Assembly (NCBI GenBank): GCA_977030845.1
Contig: OZ365116.1
Span: 21,824,001-21,888,000, forward strand
Length of the DNA: 64,000 nt
Direction of reading: 5' to 3'
Origin: Fimbriosthenelais zetlandica
Lineage: Eukaryota
The position numbers were made by a program, and so were the translations under genes. Within the stretch, counting starts at the first letter, position 1, and each line of letters starts with the position of its first letter. Below the pieces are notes generated by a model. The model did no database searches and was not told where the DNA came from. It worked only from the letters and a program-made list of their open reading frames with translations. Shown one piece after another: positions 26,950 to 40,900 of this stretch.

Positions 26950-29900
26950 CTAAGGGGACTACAGTCAAGATAATGGCACTGTCACGTGCCTCAGTCCAAT
27001 TCCGTTAATGTCAAAAGGACAAACTCATCTTTATACCCTCGTGCAAGTCTTCAAATTCAGTTTCAACTATTATCATATCAACAAAGATATTTCAGAGAGG
27101 AAGGAACTCTGACCAATGCAATGTCATCTTTGTAGTGCGTGGAAATTTGATTACAAATGTTTCCCTGAAGGGTCCTTGTTTCTGCATAGTCAGAGCCATG
27201 GAAACGATGCATGCAAGAGAGTGATTTGATTTGTATGAGCATGGATGCATTGATTTTGGTTACAGTCAGAGATGCCACTGGTTTTAAGGAATAATTCATC
27301 AGAGGTTATCACAAAGAGCAAAAGCTGAAAGACTGTGCTCATAATAGTCATGACTGCCATTCAGTCTAGGCATGTCAAAGAGCTAGCATTGAAATGGGCA
27401 TAATTTTCATTTTGATTTGTTTTTTAACACCACATTAATGGAAGTAAACAGCTCTATCAAACTCAATTTGAAAGTGCTTTTTTTCAATGATTTATCAATA
27501 GGCTCTGGTATTTATTCCATCAATACTAGGAGTGGCTGAGCTACCCACACCCACCATTCACGACAAGTTGAGGATTTTCATCTGCCTCGCTGGGCAGTAA
27601 AAGAGATTGTGCACAGTTTGCAGGTGGATCAATGAGGGGGTAGAGTGAGCGCGTTGGCTTAGAGTGAGATACAGGGTCAATAGGCCAGGCCTGGATGTTA
27701 ACAAGTTTAGTCACTCGCCATTGTCACTAACTCCATTTAGCAGTGGCATACCTGTTGGACTCTTCACTAATAGTTGGAGGGGGATTTGACACTGCGACTG
27801 CAGTGGGCCAGGATCGATAAATGAGGGTGGTGGACAAAGCACATGTGGGGGTGGAGCTGCAGGCTCCGTGACCGATCTAGCTTTGTTCAGAGTAACACTG
27901 CGGCACGGAAAAATAGGTTTCCATCTACTAAATGGGAACATTGGAAATTAAAAGTCACAATATTCTACAGTGGATAATATGGAAAACTATCAATAAAAAT
28001 CCCTTATGATGTCCTCTGATCAACATATCTCGGTGATTAATTCAAATATCAAGATTATACTAAGTCATTCTTATTTCAAATATTGTATGTAAGTAGCACA
28101 TTTGGTGATAGACGTCGTCGGATATGAGGTTGGATGGAATCGAAAACAAACACGACACTTCTATATTAGCAACAATTTGAAAATTCTTATATGACTGAAA
28201 TCACTTTCCGTGATGACATCCCTTTACAGTGTGACTGCAATAATTATATTCCATCACCGACTAGTACACACCCCCTCTCTATATCCACACCACCCCCTTA
28301 GCAATTCTATACTCTTTACCCACTTCTCAAGGATCAGGTTTCACTGAAAAATTGCAAACGATTTGCAGAAAGTCACAAGTATGGTGAAACACAAGTGGCT
28401 CATTAGCGTTTTGTTTCGCCTCTCGAGGGGGGGATTTTTCAGGCATTAGAGGACCTTTGTTTGCATTTAGGCTGTCCCACATGGCAGCAATCCGGCTTCA
28501 CGGAGAAATATGAGAGTGAGGCTGAAGGCAGTATAGGGAGGCACGCATGTATGTGTGGCGGCATCTAAAGGCAGATATCGCTGATTCAACAAAAATCACC
28601 TCTTCATACGATGATAAGGTTCTCACTTCAATATTGTGAGTGAAATAATTAACAAAAAAAACCCGGGATGGTTCGTTGCTAACCAAAGTCATTGCTATAT
28701 CTGTGTCAATAGATTACTGTTCACCTTTTTCATACAGTTTGTTGGCCTGGCAGTGCCGATATAGTTAAGTTGCAATCACAGAGCAAGCAGACATCACTAA
28801 TGAAAATGCTGCAGCAGTTGGATGCAACATGAATCATCAATGAGTCAACATCATACATTGAATTGTATAAGAGTTGCTAGCCTCTACCAAATCTGAAGGA
28901 AACAAGTAATATTCCTACTACAAACTTCCTCTACAAGGAAAGTCTATGTGAGGGAATTTAAAGAGTGACACTAGTGGTGTAACACTAACTTTGTTGAAGA
29001 AACAAACTTAATTCCCGGCAACTACGAGAGACAGCTAGGAGTTGCCCCTGTTGCTTCACTTGTCCTGTGCCCAGAGCACGAATCACCTAAACTGCTGCAA
29101 ACTAATGATGTCAATCTGTCCCCAATTAACTTGTGCAATGGAAGCATTGGATCACCGGTGACCAGGCCCTGGCCTCACCCCAGCTCTGTTTTGTTTCGCT
29201 CGGAGCAGCTCATTTCCCCTCCCTGCCCGGGTCCGGGGGTGATTGTATTATGTGACTCACTTAATGCAAACTCCCCGATGTGGCTCGCCAGGCTTGAGGG
29301 TGGCAGGCGTCAGCCTTGCACACCGACCCGCCAGCCTTTCCTGCAGAGGAAGATAACCATCATTCGGGGGAGTAATTGGAAAAGGCATTTGCTTGGGAGG
29401 GACAACTCTAACTGCCTTATCTGTATAAGGCTAGATTAGCTGGCCTCTGAGAGAGGTCCATCAGAGCAGGACCTTCTACAAGGTCCACCTGACAGGTCAT
29501 GCCTCTCCACGGCACACCTGTGACAAGGTGGCAATGAAATTACTCTATTTGAAAGAGAAGGGTGTCAAATTACCCAGGCCTGGGCTGGTCGCTTATAGGA
29601 TTCCACTGCAATGAACACTTAGATAGGTCCACCTTGGACGTCCAAGTTAAGTCAGGTAAAGGCATTTTATAGATGTCGCCATTTTGGGGCTAATTGCCAA
29701 TTTGTTCATTGGTGAAAGTTGTTAGCACAAAGCGAAGCAGACACCAATAGTTTCGAAATAGAACAGCATGCATGCTTTTTATCCCAACGGGCAAAGGGCC
29801 ATAGCAATTTGCAGTTAATTAATCAAACTGTTAATTAATATTCCCTTTCTGCAGGTCACAATCTGCAGGGATTACATGTCAGTAGCCTGACAATGGTAAT

Positions 29901-30700
29901 GATGAGACAGCCCAGATCACAGCCAGGTGTGTCCATTGTCATCCATTAAAGGTGCTCTCTCAAAGTTTAAGGACGGACCGTGGCTTTTGGTGTTTTAATA
30001 TAACCTGATTGGTGAAAATACTGACTCAATGTGTGAATATATACATAATACTCAGCCATGATGAGATGTATTTGTGTAGGAGCAGAGTGAGAGGCTCCCT
30101 GTCTGAGAATGGTAATGTGTACTCGCCTCCAATATGGCTTTATCAAGGAGAGCAGTGCGAGCAGAAATTAAAGTGGTTGTAGCAGCCAATCTGTATTCAC
30201 AGAGTGGCTATTTCCTTCCTCTGAAATCTAAGTGGCTGCTACTCAACCTACTTACTTCTTGGAGTGGCTTGCACTGCCCTTTTGCACAGCGAAAATCCCC
30301 GCTAATAAGAATTATTTGGGCAAATATCATTATAGCTGATGCTGCCTTTAGCTTTCAAATCCATGAGCAACATGTAAAGAAAGGCACTCTGTGAAGCAGG
30401 GCTGTGAATTATGTATACCTTGCATGATGCAATGGAATAAAAATGGTTTTAGGAAAGTGAGAGGGCGGGACTTTACAGAAGTCATTTATAAAATCTTCAA
30501 GATTAAACTAGAAGCATATGTTTGCCTTTTGCAGGATAACAGTCTTAACGACCTTGACTGCCAGATCACATGAAGGAAAGACAGACAAAGGTCCCTTTCA
30601 TAACATTGGCATGAGTAGACTGGCATGATAGAAAACTGGCTTGAAAGTAGAGAACAATGCTCGAGCATTTCTGTTGGCGGCTTGTTTCACTCAATACGTC

Positions 30701-31033
30701 TCAGAGAGGAGTTCCTCCAGGAAGCCTAGCCCGGGGAGAATTATCCACCAGGCTGAAGCTATAGAGTGAAATGTGTGAGGCTGGCATGTTTAAAATGCTT
30801 CCTTTGTGGCCAGTGCCAGTTTGGTGTTTGTCGCCTGCTTTGTGTCCGCAGTCAAAGCGACTGCGGCAGTCTTGGCTAGAGCAGTATAAGAGCATTACCC
30901 AGCAATTCCTTGGCTTCTCCACGGGAACCATCACAAAGCTCCTGCATGCGAGGTCAGCCATTCCAATCCCTGTTCTTTTGTCACTGGCATCTACTGTGAG
31001 CCCAGGTCTGAACTGTGGCAATGGTCTATCCAT
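30701..31033 (-). mobile_element. Decayed Gypsy-like RNase H remnant
   Basis: ORF has RPGLTVDASDKRTGIG (cf. RPFxLxVDASDxGIG) and FDCGHKAGDKHQ (cf. FxIxHRPGKxHxNAD). The spacing is shorter than in intact RNase H. Confidence 0.45.
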
Positions 31034-31669
31034 GCTGCAGAGTATAATATTTCTTCAGGGGAAGACTTATTGATAATATTGTGAATAGGAACTGCCAGAG
31101 TTAATGTCACACACCTTTAGATATGAACCCTGTTAGACTGATTGGAAATGCTAGACTAAGCTAACTGGTGGGAGATTGGAATATTGGACATGGACCAATG
31201 CTTTAAAGTCTGAGGAAATCTCAGATCAACATGCAAACCTATAAAAGGATTAAATAGAGATGGATTCAGCAATCAATATGAGTGCATGGTCAAGTTCCAC
31301 TGAGGTGAGCAGCCACCATTGATCCATCAACTTCATTAGCTGAGAGAGAAGTGAAAAACGTGTGTCTGAATTAGGGCATTTATAGGGAGGGCCCTTAATG
31401 CCTGGCGGAATATATCACATAGCATTTGATGTAATACAGACAAACGTATTTTATACAGTAATACCTGTAAGCTAACAGAGGAATAGGAATGAGCACAGCT
31501 TCAAAAGTAATGAGACCGTAAGGGATGAACGGACTTAATGGATGTGGCATATTGATTCTTATCAACTGAAATATGACCCATCGTGCTGAGAATCTTTAAA
31601 TCATCTTTGAGACGAAGATGAAAAGTCGGACAAAAGTGTATTTAAGATCAGGAGAAAAATGAGACAACA

Positions 31670-31715
31670 CATAGTCCTAAAGTGGGAGTCACACATTAAC
31701 TACATTTAACAACAG
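31670..31715 (+). mobile_element. Non-LTR RT C-terminal motif remnant
   Basis: LKWESHINYI (cf. LxWxxHI). Confidence 0.3.
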
Positions 31716-34700
31716 ACCAAAAATCCACATGGTTGGTAACGTGTGGAGGCAATCCTAATGGTCCTAGTACACGTCCTAACCCTGTCACCGTGTCCCTGGT
31801 GTAATCCTTATTGATGAGACCTGCTCCCCGGTGACCGACTAGGGCGCTATTACATTAGAGTAAAAATCCACTGTGAATAGGGCACATGAGGTGGGTGAGA
31901 ACCTATTCTGCGCTATGGGTGTTTATCGCTACTTCCCCCGGAAAGGGATGAAAAATTGGTCGGCTGAGAAAATCCTATAAATTAAAACTAGCCTGATACT
32001 GTAGGGATCCGCCGATGATGGTAAGTAATGATATTAGGTATTATAGAGGTGCCATGTGCCCACAATGGTGGTGAGTTCACCAGTGGGAGTGAATCAGAAT
32101 TTATATGCTAGTACGGTACTTGGCGAACCACATGAGTCGATGTCAAGAGCTGCAATGCATTCATCATATCTCATGTTTACCATTTTTGCTGCATGGCATG
32201 AAGGTAATTTTGAGCCATACCATCTGGTTTCTTATCACCAAGATGCCAAGAGAAGAGAGTGTTAAAGTGGTGTAAAGGTGTAACACCTATGTGAGAATGT
32301 CTGGAGGGAAACCCCCCTGGGTTGAGGCAGGGTGTGATGACCTTCTGAAGCTCAGTGAAATATTCATACCTGTACTAAGGGTAAGGCATACTTCATTGCC
32401 TCCGTTAGATTAGTGCCCTGCCTGGTGTGGTTCTTATTGCACCAATGCTTTCACAATGTCAGAAACTATAAGGACCAAGTGAGCCAGCAAATTGAAATTT
32501 AGGCCACCATTCTCTATATCTGCAGACCATCCAGCACTGTTGCAGCATGCTAATATTTCCATTGTATGGTCGCCAGAAAGAGCTCAAGCAGGGTGAAATA
32601 ATTGGCACTTAGATTCAAAGCAACTATAAGATGTAATACATCAAGAATTGTCAAATTGCCTGTTCATTCCAGTTCAGGTAAAATGTAAACTTCGATCTAT
32701 ATTGCAAGTTGATTTCCCTGAACTGTACAGACATTCTGGAGTTAAGGCACGTCTCTGATCCCTAGGACCTTAGGGGCAAGGTACAAAAAGAGGCTGCACA
32801 ATATCCGGAGCAGAACTCCAAGGATGCGTGGGTTGTATCCACAAGGAAATCTATATTCCAACCCTATTGTCACCCAAGGTTAGTCATCCCCTGAGGCGAA
32901 AGACCCAAATATGAACGACGGTAACATCAGAAATGCATTATGGCACACATTCACCATTCCTCAATGGACATGCACCGTCTATGCATAGTATTTCTTCTGT
33001 GAGCCTACATTAACTGTTGAGAATCCGACTGATTTTGTATGCATATCAATCTTAGGAAAAAGTGTTTGCATCAACAGTTATATGTAGAACCTTGCATATC
33101 ACAAGGATGAAGGAAATTTAAGGCAAAGCAATACCCAGATAAAGAACTAAAGACAACCTTCATAGCCATATAGCACAACCATGTATCATCTTATCTTAAC
33201 ATAAACAAGCAGAAAACGATGGAGTACAATAAATGATAGCATTAGTCAGGCTAAACATGGGTAGAGGCTTGTTGAGTCTTTTCTATCTGAAGTTAACTTG
33301 GCGTGTATAGACTAGGGCGAGGTCATATTTCCCATGGGAAATAATGCTCAAAATATATATGTATGCCCCATGGGAGTAAGGCTATGTCCTTGAACAAGGG
33401 GCACAGGAGGAGAGCACTGCGCTTCTCCAATCTCCCATTCCCTCACAAGGCTTATCAACTTTAAATTCTTCTGAGGTTTCTGATATATTGCTACTGATCA
33501 GACAATCACTTTGCTGGAATTAAATGCATAGTGCAGTGCACAAAAGATAAGACCCTCGTCCCCTAATGTTAAATCCAATAAGACAAATTGGGAAGAGTAG
33601 ACTATCATCTTCTATCGGAAAGAGAAGGTTATCTCAGTGCTTTCATATGAATGATTTATAACAGAAAAATGTTCAATGTGGCTGAATATAAATGAACTCC
33701 ACCTCCTTGGCAGGTCTCTGTGATACAGTAATTAGGGCTTGTGAATCTTTAATAAAAGGAACAAGCTTGAGCAGATGCCATATTTAGAGGGTGGATGATT
33801 TGCGAGGGGTTTATGGAAGAAAAAAACCTTGCCAGTTACTACAGAGGCACGGTTTTATAGCCCATTGGAAATACATTTGGGCTGACATTCCGATTACCAT
33901 GAGGATTGTTCAAGCTGAGTGGGTACAGCCATCTGTCCTCATTTTGATCATAATGAGAAATTTCCTGTTAGAGGTGTGAGATTTGAATGGAAATGAGACA
34001 TTTGCTGTGTGACGCGAATATAAATGTGAGATAAAAAAGCCATTCACAGTTATAGTCCGTGTCTCATAAATCAGAAGCATTTGTGTTTCTTACAGCATAG
34101 CTAGACGCTGCTAGCACGTCAATTAGGCTTATAGTCACCTCTTTGGATAAATGAATACAAGTGCCATATTTTTGTGGTAATAAAAGGCTGAAGGATGGTC
34201 TTAGCCACTTAATTGCTATTCCTAATACCTGTTGAATATGTATTCCATAATTTACGAACATCCCAGCTATATATGCTGCAGTGGTGAACGCAATTATGTA
34301 TTCCACAATTTACCAAAATGGCATCGCAGCTATGCTGCCGTGGTGAAGAATATACTGAAAATATTGTTGTTTTTTTACGATTTGTTTTCTTCCGTTTCTA
34401 CTCTTTTCCTTCGTCACATTTTCTACGTTACATTTTATCTTTGATACCTTCTCATGATTCTTTGCTGGAAACTGGAATCTGTGGGATCAGGTAACTGACT
34501 CACGTGGCCTTACAATCAGCAATGAGATACCACTGTTAAAGGTGGACTCAGAACTTCGTGCGCGGATATTCTTTCATTTATATTCTCAAAGAGATGAGAC
34601 TGACTCGAGTGCCCTTTCAATGATAGCTTTTTAACTTCCCCGGGCGCTCCATGCTGGCAGCAATTAATCTAATTCCTGAAGGATTCAAGTGATGGAGGAT

Positions 34701-37700
34701 TGCCCATGTCTGGTCCCTGCATGCTTGAAGCCCGTGTCGGAAGCCTGGCAGGCCTGATGTGACATAACACATTAAATCAACCTTTATAATGGTATATTGG
34801 TATGTCGCCAAAGCAATACTGCGGTCCATTTATTCATGGCATCATTGTCACAGCATTCCACGGACATAAATCCATCCCCTCATATAATATCAGAGGACAA
34901 TGTCATGTATCCAGAAATGTCTGCATCATTGATCATTCAAGTTAAAAATCAATGAAGCAATTATGAAGGAATGGATGACATTCTAATACCCCAGGGAGGA
35001 AATTAAATCTTTTGGCAAATTTCAGTAGGTAGCTTCCAAAGGGAGGCTCCCATAATGGCAGCAGTGGGACTATAATTCCAAGTTCCATAGCAGACGCCAG
35101 ACTATGAGGGTCGCACCCACGGGGCGAATAGACAACTGTGCCAGCACAAGCAGACAGGGCTTATGGCTGACCATATCTTCCTGAGGCCAATTTGTAAAGG
35201 AAAGGAGGAATGGGAGGCCATGAACCTAGAATGCTAAGTTCAAATTGGATGCATTCTCAAGCCATAGGATAGAGCACTCCTCCCTGAGAGTTCAGCAGAG
35301 CTGCGGCCCAAGCTTCTTCCGTCTTTTGCGTGATAGCAGACAGAAACCATCTAATGACTGGCAGCATCTTTGACAGCCTCAGGACCACTTTATTACTGCC
35401 AGTTGCGGGGTATAATCAGATTGCCATGGGAAGATGGCTCGGTGTTCACTAGAACGTGAATTTAATCTTATTTTATAACGGGTTGAACGAGGTCCAAACA
35501 GCTTTCATTGCTACTTTAGAACGCTCGTTCCCCTTGGGCTCAGCTTTTTTCAGCAATGGAATCCAGAGAAGACAGAGGCGTAAAGAAGCAATAACGTCTC
35601 TCAGATGTTCTGAGGGCCTCAGAGAGGCGCGAGGAGTTATGTGCTCATGATACTGACGGGAAGTACTTAATGAATTTGTAATAAATTTCAGATTTCAAAC
35701 CTTATTATTTGTTTGAATATGAGCCATCACTATTGCTTCGTGAGTGGAACAAAGCAATTTGTCTCATTGATTCATTATGTCAATAAAAAGGCCTCATTTT
35801 TTGTATTAATTAAATAGTGTTGGACGTGAAACATATATACAAATTGCTTAACTCTATCTGTTCTATAGAAGCACTCGTCTATATAAGGCAATGCAATTGA
35901 TTTAGGCCGCGCCACTGTGTCGCACGTCCCCACCATGTAAACAAGTGTATCAAATTATGAATTGCTGTGTCAAGCCTCTATATATAAAGGTTCTGAGGTT
36001 AACATAGTTAGAAGCCTTCACTATACACAACACTGTGGGAGAGGTCTTTAGCATGAGGGATTAATATAGGTAGATAAAGCTGAGCAAAGATAGGTCTGCA
36101 TACTGCCTGGCCGTTTAAACGAAATCTTCCCTCCACAGAGATATCTTTTTAAAGAGCATAGAAGGGGGTTTCTAGTGAAGAATGAGCTATTTTTAATATG
36201 CTGGTACATGAGTACCTCTTACCTGCACCAACCACTTACTCATCACTATCTCTTTTTCACATTTATTTTAATATGACATATCAGCCATCTTCTCTCGCTC
36301 TCATTTAAATTTGCTATGATATATTAAGCGTCTCCATCATATTAAAGAAGGCACTTTCAAAGTACAACGCAGAATTATCATATTAATTGAGTAGTAAATG
36401 TAGTAAATATATCATTCATCAAATAGTCTAACCCATTCAGTTTCATTGGTGGGGGATAATCTTCAACTGCAGAGGAAATTAGTGTATACTGATAAACTAG
36501 CCAGACGGTTAAACACTGCTCAGGCTAAAACGTTATAAAGTAATCTAGTAGAGACATCTGATGAGTATGAATGTGCGTGGGGGTTTTACCTTCCATCATT
36601 CAAGGCTTTTTGCAAATCAATCCGCCATCAACTTTATATTGGCATGTCATTTGACCTGCATATATTGGAGCAGCATACTGGGAGTGGGGATTTTAGTAAA
36701 GCTGGGCAAGCCAGGCTGTATGTTAGTTAAATTTGACCCCTGGTCAGGGCTGGATAATTGGCAGCCTCCTTTCTGGGGGTTGAGAGGTAAGCCGGTGGAT
36801 ATGAAGCTATGTATGGAGGGTATCAATCATACTTAGCCTTGATTTGCATCAGGTTTATGGTCTGCAGTCTCATCGCCCTTAAATTGATCCAGTGTCTCCA
36901 ACATTAATAGGTGGGGATAAAGTTTCATGGAGATATATATCAGCAATGGATATCACGAGTCTCAATGAGCAACCCCACACGCCTTCACCTTCAGCTCACT
37001 AACACAGATCGGTTTACTGCTAAATTAATGTACTCCCTCAAACTTCACAATGGATGGGGCACTCAAGCTATTTGTTCTCGGTTGCAATCACTGCTTCAAT
37101 ATCATCAGCAACATTCTGCACCTTTCTAAATTGAAAAATGAAATACGGATTTGTTACCCGAGGCTCTATGACAATTACAGTGTCAGTCTTGGGACTTAAT
37201 TATATCGGATTTAATGACAGCACATCAATGTAATTCAATGAACCATCGCTTTTTAAACACTGAGTATTGTAACTGCTTCGTTAGAATGGATATAATAACA
37301 TATATATCCTTTCTTTGTAAACGCAGTGATCAGGCTGCATTGAGCGAGTTTCAGTGACATAATGTTAATAGTAGTGGCATGAACATGTCCATGGCAATAT
37401 TTGTCGCCTGATCCCACTCCCTTGCCTCGTTAGGAAGGCTTCAAACTGAATTAAAAGCCTTGGGCGCCTTTCCTATAGGCTCTGTTGGCTTAGAAACCAT
37501 CGATTATTTTGCGGGAGCAAACCGTTGGAATGAGCCAACATTGATTTGATATGATTGTGTAAATCCAATGAGCAATCATTCATCAGGCTTAAGGCCACTC
37601 TGCTGGGTGATTACTACATTATTAATTCACTCATTGATTTGATAGAAAATTAAAAAGTATCCACAGTCTGTGTATCACCTCATTATATCAGAGAAGCCAT

Positions 37701-37918
37701 GACTGACTGATTGGTTTCACATTATAAATGAGAACATAACACTTAGTATAGGAAAATGGAACGAACTAAACATGTAACAATCACTGACATGTGCATTTCT
37801 TTTCATCCATATTATTCTAAACAATTTATTCTACCATATTACGAAACCATATCTATATGTCATGGCCTAGAATCTAGGTTTACTTTGTTCTGACGATTTG
37901 ATTGATTTCTTTTTTCAG

Positions 37919-40900
37919 AAAAAGCCGAGGCATATGAGCCAGAATCGTTTGGTGACGATGACAGTGCCATTGACGTTTTCAACAAAGTAGAACGGTAGGG
38001 AAGAGTGACTCATCTTTTGCACCTCTTTGGAATATTTATATAGAAAATGTTTCTTCCTTTACCATTATCCTATTTATTTATATTTATTCCTATTTCTTAT
38101 TCAATAGATAGATTTGTAAGCATAATATTCCTTTTTACTGTCAAGTTTTTCCTCTTGGAAAATTCTATGCTTCTAAATGTTTCTATGAACTAGTGTGCGA
38201 TGAGGAATTCCTAATATGTAGAACCCAGGCAAGGCCTGAGAGAGATCTGTGGGCCTTATATCCACTTAAATTGACAGTCACCAAAGCTTTCTCTCAAATC
38301 ACTTTATATAAGCCCCTTTAAATAAATAAAAAATGTGGCAAATGTTCCAAAAATATGTCATTAGATTATAATGCATAGTACAGGGTCTTCTGGGAACATT
38401 TTGAGGGTGAAAAATGAATTAGGGGGAAAGGAGTAGGGGGCAGTGTTTTTTTCTCAGCGTTGAAAAACATGGTCAGGTAAACAATTTGTAACATGGAAAC
38501 CACACAAAACCAATCTATCGACAAACAAGAGAACAAACTGAACGGTCAAACCTATAGACGCTTAATCAAATATAATTTGTCAAATATACAGCAGTCTACG
38601 AGGCTAGAGATAATGGTCTGGTTGAGATGATTTTATATGCTCTACTCATCCATCAGCCCCATGTGTTAAAGGTTAGAAAGTTGAGAGTGAAACAGGATTT
38701 TCCCTAATTCCATCTTGGAGTCGGAACAACACAAAGAGATCAAATTATCATTAAAAGGGTCAAAGATGCAGATCCATTCTGAATAATTGAATTTTGCGCT
38801 CCTACAAGCCTGAACGACAAGCAAGCAGAAAGAACAATTGATCTTAGAGCTTCATCTCTCTGTAGCTTCTACTGGGAATAAGATAAGAACAACCCGAGTC
38901 TTATCATATAGTATGAAATGCTGAGAGGTATGATAGGATTACAAAATCAAATCAATTCAATGGCAGATGTAATCTGAGGGACAAGTATAGGATGGGAACT
39001 TTACTTCTCAGGCAAGTTAAGTAGGTTCTTTTTAAGATCCTAAAACAGGCCAAGTAAGAGATCTTTGTAATGAGATCCACTGTTTTTCCATCGGGTATTT
39101 GTGAGAGCGATAGAAGCAGTTTTGTTGTTCTTGTTTGGAGTTGGGTGGGGGAGAAGAGTTAACATCGCATCGACCGTGTCCTCTTTCTCCAGTGAAACCA
39201 GCCTCACGTATAAAATTATCCTCCGGGCACCGACAAAATCGTTTTCCATCAAAAATAATGAATCTCATCGGGTGCAAAATTCCATCAGCCATTGTCATAA
39301 GAAAGACAAAGAGAAAAAGAATGATGGAAGTCAGAGGCGAGTGACACTGGGAAATCACAAAGCCATACAGGGTGGTGGCAATCCAAAGGTTTCACAAGAA
39401 AAAGCACACTGTCATCAAGTAATAGTAAAAAGCATGACAATCAGTTTTTTTGTAGAAACCTTAACCTCAAAACAAGGCATCGTTATCCCTAAGTACATAC
39501 ACACATACAGACGTAAGCCTACATTCTACTAAAACCATTGCTCGTGATTTGGTAAAGATCTCAGTAGATATTTCATAACTATTACAGACTTGACGGTGGT
39601 CTACAGGAAGCCAAGCGGAGAGGATCGTCATATTCATATAGACCAATGTAAGGATTGAAAATAACTAAAAAAATACCAACCAGCCTAAGCATTAAACTAG
39701 AAGTTTTTTCTCATAATCATACATAGTCGCTAATTAATAGATGCTTATAAAGTGCAACTTTATCTTTAGGGAAGTCTAAAATATTCCTTTTAAAAGTTGA
39801 ACACATTAATGCCTGTTGTTAAGTAATAGTGTTTATCCGCATCCGTCAATTAAATATAGATGCATGCCCCTTTTGTTATGCATTAAGTCCATAAAAGCCA
39901 CATAAAGAGAAATAAATCAGAATGAATGCTTACAGTGCAGATTATTGGGATTCCTCTGTGCATGTTTTTTCTTCTTAGAACTCATTCGTAAAATACTTTA
40001 ATTTGTGCTCAATTTTATGGACGAAATATTGCTCGTCTTTTAGACATGTATGCATGTGTGAGCCATCAACTTCTAGTGTTAATTTATACATCTAGAAGTT
40101 GAATTATTACTTTCATCTAGTTACAAAGTTTACTTGTATGTTTAGTATCAACACTGTTGCAGCCCTGTAGGGAACTTTAAAGATAATATGTTTAAATAAA
40201 CTCTGTTGTTTCACTTCTATCCATGTTCAGAAATCCAGATGCTTTGAAGCACAAAAAAAATTGTCAAGCTTCAATACATAACCTATATATTAATGTAACA
40301 CAATAGTCAAGGATAAAGTATGTTTTGCCAAAAACGGATAGGCACATTAACAATAAGTATTGAAAAAAAATCTTTCCATAAATTCTATCCTGGACTGCAT
40401 CTTCAAGAACCGTTGTTTTCCCAGACATACATCAATGGGAAGTTTCGCCTTTCCTATCAGTGTAAAACTGGGAGCTTATTTGGATTTCAAAGCACGTTGT
40501 CTCTGATTTTGCATCTGTTTTTTCCACATTTTTTCAAATTGAAACAGTCTGCTCAGTCGTGTTCAACTCTTTGTCACTTTGAAAATAACTCTCTCATGAG
40601 TTTTTATCTATTCCCTCCCTTTTCATCAATCCAAAATGATCCAACAAAATTTGTCAATCCTGTTCAGGATTATCAATAAAGTAACATTAAATTTGTCTCT
40701 AAAGCCTAAGGGAAAACTGAGACGGAAGACAAATGGGGAAAGTTAGAAAGAAAAGGAGAATAAACTTAAGAAGATTCTTGCTTTCCTTTTAAGTGGATCT
40801 TTCAACCATTGTGTTATTCGAGCATTTTTTCTAACCTGGCAGAAATGTGCTATCTTTATCTTTACAGAAGGAACTGGTGTGCACGTTGGGGAGACTTCTG

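Noticed and set aside
32005-32020. 16-nt mini-exon ending at a strong gtaagt donor (would read GSADD before EKAEAY)
   Set aside because: The phase could fit, but there is no polypyrimidine tract and nothing else supports it.
34454-34490. ATG...G|gtaact (MILCWKLESVGS) as the first exon of the knottin gene
   Set aside because: The phase fits, but there is no hydrophobic signal-peptide core and the donor is weak.
39101-39532. 143-aa + strand ORF with a hydrophobic start as the knottin signal exon
   Set aside because: It lies downstream of the propeptide exon, has no suitable donor, and overlaps an antisense RT remnant.
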